Assembly: GCA_964016885.1 (NCBI GenBank) | Contig: OZ024756.1 | Coordinates: 15,314,001-15,378,000 of the forward strand | DNA: 64,000 nucleotides | Direction of reading: 5' to 3' | From: Eledone cirrhosa | Taxonomy: Eukaryota | Part shown: in pieces, positions 56,841-64,000 of the stretch | Numbering within the stretch: the stretch's first letter is position 1 | Layout of the letters: every line of letters starts with the position of its first letter | The notes under the pieces: generated by a model | The model's database searches: none | What the model was told of the DNA's origin: nothing | The model's input: only the letters and a program-made list of their open reading frames with translations | Position numbers and translations under genes: made by a program

Positions 56841-57227
56841 GTTGTGTGTGAGGTTTGCGCCCACCCATCTTCATATTCACAAATACACTGTTTCACCTCT
56901 CTTCACACAGCGAGGAGGGCCTCAACAACAATATTTTAACAGAAATCTCATTGAAATTGCTATAATTCTTGAAAACAACGTAACATCCTACAGGTGAAAT
57001 TTACCTGCAAGTGCCTGAGCATTCCAAAAACACGTACAGCATTAACGTACTTCTCAGGGAAGTCTGTTTCAAAATGCAGAAACAGTACATCTTGTGTAAT
57101 AGTGTATGTGGCTGAGTATTCCACAAACACATGTATGTTACGGCTGTTTAGGTTCTAGGTTCAGATAACGGCAATGTCAACTTCACCTTTCATATTTCCG
57201 GGGTCGATAACGTAAAGTAACATATGT

Positions 57228-57262
<35 letters not shown>

Positions 57263-57265
<3 letters not shown>

Positions 57266-57640
57266 GGTAAGATACAAGGGAGGTAACACTTGAGAGACCA
57301 CAGTCAATTCAGAATAGAAATAGAAGCGCAATAATTTCTTCTGGTTGACTCCAGGGATCACATTTCACTGAAATACAATATAGTCAGCAATTTGAAAGAT
57401 ACTTCTAGACCTATTAGTCAGGCCTAAGCCATTTAATCAAAATATATTTCTTCACATGGGGACAACCGCCAAAGCAATCGAGTCGTGTGTTGAGGCAGTG
57501 CTTATTCGAAGCTAATTGTGAGAGTATCCACCATTTTTCGGAATTACACAGCCGACAAAATTTCGACCCATTTACGTAGGCGGTAGATCTTTCCAAAATA
57601 CTCCATTTTATGGGAAAAGGCGTGCTTTTTCGTCGACGTA
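57263..57640 (-). mobile_element. Second Penelope-like GIY-YIG C-terminal fragment plus 3' region, in (TA)n
   Basis: ORF 57414-57596: AYVNGSKFCRLCNSEKWWIL...LNTRLDCFGGCPHVKKY...PD*, collinear with the end of 11455-11880. Confidence 0.8.
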
Positions 57641-57960
57641 AATATATATATATATATATATTTACATTTCATATACTCTATCATATATATATATACACAG
57701 AGATATCCACGGTAAATTGTGGGGTCTAGTCATTGCTTTTGACAACAGCTGGTGATATGCATGTAAGTAAATATTCTCTTTATCTGCTATTTTGTAACTA
57801 ACCTTACATAGATCGATATCGAAGTATAGTTACTATGTATTATCATCACATAGAAACGATCGTAAAGCAGTGAAGTATATTTCTAATGACTTGATTTTTT
57901 ATTTCATTGTTTTAACATATATATATATATATATATATATAGATAGATAGATAGATAGAT

Positions 57961-58038
57961 ATTGCCTTGTCCGACGAACGAATGCGGACGTTTCTTTCGT
58001 ATTCGTCTTATTCGGGAAACCTCTGGTAATGAGGTAAT
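57961..58038 (+). ncRNA. Hammerhead ribozyme with one core substitution (H6)
   Basis: AUUGCCUUGU-CCGACGA-(A)CGAAU..AUUCG(G)-GAAAC-CUCUG-GUA-AUGAGGUAAU; 10-bp stem I including G-U pairs. Confidence 0.65.
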
Positions 58039-58139
58039 TATATTGTATTGTTTATTATACATTAAATTTTGCTCTGGTACTTACATAGAGCACTCTTCAC
58101 TCCTATGACTTTTTCAATTCCAACGGAAACTTCAATACT

Positions 58140-58171
<32 letters not shown>

Positions 58172-58583
58172 TATTTATTTTTGCATATATATATATGAAT
58201 TTTGTTTCTCGCTCTAGCACAGCTGTGTCGGCACAGCTTCTAATCGGGTTCGTTTGTTTACAAACGAATCAAACATTATTATTAATGTTCGATATAACCC
58301 ATACGTACATATGTATATGTATGCATATGTATGAGTATATGTGTGGGGGGGGGGGGGGGGGGTCTACGTATGCATACTTATTTTTATGTATCAGCTGTGC
58401 TAGAGCGAGAAACAAAATTCTTATCTTATCTTATCTGCAAAGCCAGCCGTAACCCGCTCAGTATGCAAATGAGGTTACTCAGCTACAAAGCCAGCTCAGT
58501 ATGCAAATGAGGCTACTCAGCTGATGTGAACTTAAGAAAATACTATATATTTTCAACTATTCAACACATTGGCAGATACGTGT

Positions 58584-58626
58584 ACAGTCGTGATGAAGTG
58601 TGATGAGCCAGAAACATGTTGATTGT
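58584..58626 (+). ncRNA. Decayed minimal hammerhead
   Basis: ACAGUC-gUGAUGA-..-GAAAC-AU-GUU-GAUUGU; 6-bp stem I, stem II eroded. Confidence 0.45.
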
Positions 58627-58719
58627 TCCTCAAAGCCAGTGTTGAACAAACAGATGACGGTCAGTCACCGACGCGGCATGCATACATATGTATATGTATG
58701 TGTGTATATATATACAGCT

Positions 58720-59668
58720 ATGTATATATATATATATGTGTGTGTATGTATACATACTTAGTTATATATGGATGTACATTTATCAAATGTATATATATTT
58801 GGTATTATACCAACATATTGTCTCTGGTGTGTATATATATATACAGATATGTATATATATATGTGTACGTATACATACTTACTTATATATGGATGTACAT
58901 TTATCAAATGTATATATATTTGGTATTATACCAACATATTGTCTCTGTTGTGTATATATATACAGATATGTATATATATATATGTGTACGTATACATACT
59001 TACTTATATATAGATGTACATTTATCAAATGTATATATATTTGGTATTATACCAACATATTCTCTCTGGTGTGTATATATATATACAGATATGTATATAT
59101 ATATGTGTACGTATACTTACTTATATATGGATGTACATTTATCAATTGTATATATATTTGGTATTATACCAACATATTGTCTCTGGTGTATATATATATA
59201 CAGGTATGTATATATATATGTGTACGTATACATACTTACTTATATATGGATGTACATTTATCAAATGTATATATATTTGGTATTATACCAACATATTGTC
59301 TCTGATGTGTATATATATATACAGATATGTATATATATATGTGTACGTATACATACTTACTTATATATGGATGTACATTTATCAAATGTATATATATTTG
59401 GTATTATACCAACATATTGTCTCTGGTGTGTATATATATATACAGATATGTATATATATATGTGTACGTATACATACTTACTTATATATGGATGTACATT
59501 TATGAAATGTATATATATTTGGTATTATACCAACATATTGTCTTTGGTGTGTATATATATATACAGATATGTATATATATATGTGTACGTATACATACTT
59601 ACTTATATATGGATGTACATTTATCAAATGTATATTTATTTGGTATTATACCAACATATTGTCTCTGT
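58720..59668. repeat. ~120-bp tandem repeat, about 8 copies
   Basis: GGATGTACATTTATCAAATG...GGTATTATACCAACATATTGTCTCTG recurs about every 120 bp. Confidence 0.92.
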
Positions 59669-59825
59669 TTTCAAACCTTAATTAATAATCGTTTCTAATT
59701 TTGAGGTGTGAGTACATAATTATATGAGGAAATATTTTGGTATTACATTAGTACATTAGTATATATATATATTAGTATATATATATTAGTACATTAGTAT
59801 ATATATATATTTATATATATATATA

Positions 59826-60148
59826 TCATCATCATCATTCGTCGACTACTGTCGAGATGATGGATCTCACTCTCATGCCCCAGAATTCCCTGTCCCCCAT
59901 CGCTACCCCCAGGTCCCGTCTACCGATTCCCGTATCCCTAGAGATAACGTCAGGGAATGACAGCCTCCTACTCCTAGTCAGGGTGGAGTCAGGGTTCCAG
60001 GGCAAGAGAGCGGATATGATTTCATTGCTGGCACGGTGACAGTGGCCAGCAAATTGAGCTCTCCGGGATTTTAGAAGGGCAGAGGCTCGAGGGAGTTTGC
60101 CATAGATTTTAGACAAGGTGGGATGTCGTTTCCAGGAGAGGTTTTGCA
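59826..60148 (-). mobile_element. LINE 3' end (RTE-like) with (GAT)n tail
   Basis: SWKRHPT..IYG.LP...RRAQFAGHCHR. Confidence 0.7.
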
Positions 60149-60181
<33 letters not shown>

Positions 60182-60255
60182 GAGAGAGAGAGATAGAGAG
60201 ATGTATGTATGTATGTATGAATGTATGTGTGTATGTACATATATATATATTTATG

Positions 60256-60863
60256 TCAGGTCACCAGTTGGTGCTACTGGTAACATGTATCCCAGTACAA
60301 CCTGTCCCATGGTCGGGTCGTTGGCGACTAAACTGGCAACCCCACCAAGGTTTCTTGGTGAGGAGGGTGACTTTGGACATCCTGCAGGACTAAAAACAAA
60401 ACCTGTCAAAGGGCAAAGGAGCTCTTAGAGTCAATGGCCATCCAAAATCACCGGGAGAGATGACCCCTTAGCCTTTGTCAAGGCAGAATTCTAGGAGAAG
60501 GAAAACTCTGATATCACACCTGCAACCCTGATGATATCCAATGATGTTGACTTGTTCTTCTTTTTGGTAAATATCATCTTGGTTAAGAGAGTGGGACTGG
60601 CTTTGTGCAGTGCCTTTGCTCACTATAAAAACTTCACGGCACAGGCATTGCTTTATATCTGGAGATCTCTCTGCACTTGTCGTCACATGGTACCATGGGC
60701 CCAGCACTATGTGTCAATAATTGTCACATGTGTAGTGTTTGTACCAAAGTTTTCAAGTCGCTGGCCGGACTGAAAAGTCACACTCGTTCAGCGCATCGGT
60801 AGGGGTCCTCCTACATGGATATAAAGTAGTGGCCGTACTCGAAAACGAGTTGGCAGCCACCAT
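60256..60863 (+). mobile_element. ~600-bp internally deleted LINE-derived (RTE-like) non-autonomous element
   Basis: Copies at 19271-19875 (-), 10366-10589 (+, 3' part) and 62037-62201 (-, 5' part); 3' part carries a C2H2 finger remnant (CSVCTRVFKSLAGLKSHTRSVH in the 10366 copy). Confidence 0.75.
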
Positions 60864-60877
60864 ATATGTTACATATA

Positions 60878-61060
60878 TAATTGTTTCTATTTTAGGCACA
60901 AGGCCAGCAATTACCCAGTACATTACTGGTACTTTATTGTATCGACCCCGTAAGGATGAAAGGCAAAGTTAACCTCGGCGGGATTTGAACTCAGATCATA
61001 AAGGGACGTAACTCTATGCTTCAAAGCATGGTGTCCGACTCTCTACCGATACCAATCCAC
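60878..61060 (-). mobile_element. SINE family A
   Basis: Reverse copy. Confidence 0.85.
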
Positions 61061-61167
61061 TTTCCATTACCAATCCACTTATAATACATATACATGTATA
61101 TATATATACATGTATATATATATACATGTAATATATAAGATCAAAAGATGGTTAAAGGAGTTCCATG

Positions 61168-61237
61168 TATTTTATTATGCGCATTTCAAAACAAACATCA
61201 TCATGCAATAATATTTGTGTTTTCATCAGATAAAACA
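61168..61237 (-). ncRNA. Hammerhead ribozyme (H1b), solo arm within 61130-61265
   Basis: Near identical to 24491-24561. Confidence 0.7.
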
Positions 61238-61354
61238 GGAGAACATGATATGAAGGCTAAAAAACATACATGTATATATATGTGTATATATATGTACATG
61301 TGTGTATGTATATACACATAAATATATATATATTTATATATATTTATATATATT

Positions 61355-61460
<106 letters not shown>

Positions 61461-61609
61461 ATACATATGTTAGCCAGTGGTATTGTATAGCTGTACCTCT
61501 GCCTAACGGACGTGTTGTAATTGTTGTTTTATCATAACTTACAAAATTCTTCAAACGAAATCACTGAAATTACCAAAATTATCTACATCACTGAAGAATT
61601 GTGTATATA

Positions 61610-61828
<219 letters not shown>

Positions 61829-61836
61829 TGTGTGTG

Positions 61837-62036
61837 NNNNNNNNNNNNNNNNNNNNNNNNNNNNNNNNNNNNNNNNNNNNNNNNNNNNNNNNNNNNNNNN
61901 NNNNNNNNNNNNNNNNNNNNNNNNNNNNNNNNNNNNNNNNNNNNNNNNNNNNNNNNNNNNNNNNNNNNNNNNNNNNNNNNNNNNNNNNNNNNNNNNNNNN
62001 NNNNNNNNNNNNNNNNNNNNNNNNNNNNNNNNNNNN
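61837..62036. other. Assembly gap (200 N)
   Basis: N run. Confidence 1.
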
Positions 62037-62269
62037 ATGGCCATTGACTCTTAAGAGCTCCTTTGCCCTTTGACAGGTTTTGTTTTTAGTCCTGCAGGAT
62101 GTCCAAAGTCACCCTCCTCACCAAGAAACCTTGGTGGGGTTGCCAGTTTAGTCGCCAACGACCCGACCATGAGACAGGTTGTACTGGGATACATGTTACC
62201 ATACATACATGCATACATACATACATACATACATACATACATACATACATACATACATACATACATACA

Positions 62270-62302
<33 letters not shown>

Positions 62303-62551
62303 GTATGTAAGTATTTGTAAACGGCAGTGGAAGTTTATTGGGACAGTGAAAATGAAAATCAGGTATACCTCAGTTTAATTTCTTCAACCAATCAACAGGT
62401 AAAACAATCTATCAGAGAATCTCACACAGGAAAAATTGTCTGGTATCTGTTAAAAGTTATCGAAAGCATTAATCATCTTAATGAAAGTGTATTTTCTTTA
62501 TATTGGCGACGGGGGTGAGGTGTCATCTAGGCTTCGTACCTGGGTATTTAG

Positions 62552-62712
62552 GCGGCGAATTGGCAGAGTCGTTAGAACGTCGGTTAGAATACTTTATGGT
62601 ATTCGTTCCGGCTTTCTACTCCCTGAATTCAAATCTCGCAGAGGTCAACTTTGCCTTTCATCCTTTCGAGGTCGATAAAAAAAAGTACCAGTCTAGTACT
62701 GGGGGTCGATTC
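62552..62712 (+). mobile_element. SINE family A variant
   Basis: A/B boxes plus core. Confidence 0.7.
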
Positions 62713-63531
62713 TTCCTCTATATCTCACTCTCACTTCCATTCTCTCACTTTCTATCTTTCTCTGGAAGAAATCTGCTGCTGTACTCAGGTCTGGAGAAGG
62801 ATGGGCCCCACCAGGCTTAAAATGCCCATGAAACGCTGTATGCCAATACAGAGCCCCTTCGCCTCTATCAGGAGTTACGGGACCATTCATATATATACAT
62901 ACATACCTGGGTATTTAACACCCTAGGTAAGCTTATCTCTTCAACGTGCCCCCCACCCCCTCCCTCAAGTTACGCGCCCTAATCACCCAAATAAAATAAT
63001 TTCGACTTCAGCTCGTTTTTAACACTTCTTGCTCTGACAACACTAAAATAATTGCAAATTATGTCATAGGCCCAGCGCCATACCACCCTTCCCATTGCAC
63101 ATTTCTATAGAATGTTGATCCCTGATTTAATGGCTTATCCAAAGAATGGAGGGCTTTTATGAGATTTTGGTAGGGACCTTCAAGATTAGTGGAGAAGTAG
63201 ATGGGGGACAATGCCGGAATACTTGCAACAGAACAGACTCTGCTAGAGTTAACCAATGTTAGAGAAAAATCCATAATTCATTGGGACCTCCGCATAGTCT
63301 TCCTTCATCCACCAAATTTCATTAAGTCGACGTTGGTTGATCCGATGTTGTTGAAGAAGCTATCTCCTCAAAGGAATGTGCAGTGAGATCAACTAGAGAG
63401 CTACAGACTTGCTATGAGGATCTTCAAGCATTGTTTAAATGTATACAAATGGCAAGATCAGATCAGAGAATGTTGTAGTAGCAGTGGAGTAAAATAGGAG
63501 ATGACACAGAATAACGTTGTGGCACTAGTTG

Positions 63532-63580
<49 letters not shown>

Positions 63581-64000
63581 ATAGAGTATGTGTGTGTGTG
63601 TGTTTGTGTTTGTGATTGTGTGTGTGTGTTTGTGTATGTGTGTGTATGAGAGATAGAGTATGTGTGTGTGTGTGTGTGTGTTTGTGTTTGTGTATGTTTG
63701 TGTGTTTGTATATGTGTGTGTGTTTGTATATGTGTGTGTGTTTGAGTGTGTGTGAGTGTGTGCGATTGTGAGCGTGCTTGTTTGCGTGTACATTAGTGTG
63801 TGTATGCTTGTGTGTGTGTGTGTGTGTGTGTGTGTTTGTGTGTGTGTGTTTGTGTTTGTGATTGTGTGTTTGTGTTTGTGTATGTGTGTGTGTTTGTATA
63901 TGTGTGTGTATGCTTGTGTGTGTGTGTGTGTGTGTGTGTGTATGCTTGTGTGTTTGTGTGTGTGTGTGAGAGATAGAGTATGTGTGTGTGTGTGTTTGTG

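Noticed and set aside
63059-63440. Possible coding or LINE fragment
   Set aside because: No recognisable motif in any frame examined

Overview
AT-rich, microsatellite-saturated animal genomic DNA. The style of the SINEs and repeats suggests a coleoid cephalopod such as Octopus, which is an inference. The only supportable host gene is a four-coding-exon adenine phosphoribosyltransferase (APRT) on the + strand (7117-14352, 181 aa). The rest is tRNA-derived SINEs, RTE- and R4/Dong-like LINE relics, non-autonomous Helitrons, satellites and a 200-N gap. The main hidden signal is a dense set of type I hammerhead ribozyme (HHR) motifs, read and paired by hand. There are about 20 intact or decayed motifs from about 10 apparently distinct sequence families. 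Most sit in Penelope-like pseudo-LTRs inserted into (TA)n tracts. Many are fold-back palindromes carrying a ribozyme on both strands, and most families end in a shared ACTC..GAGTRC hairpin. One element still encodes a GIY-YIG endonuclease fragment, one has a two-ribozyme retrozyme-like layout, and one sense-strand ribozyme lies inside an APRT intron. All pairings and similarities were judged by eye; no folding or database search was run.
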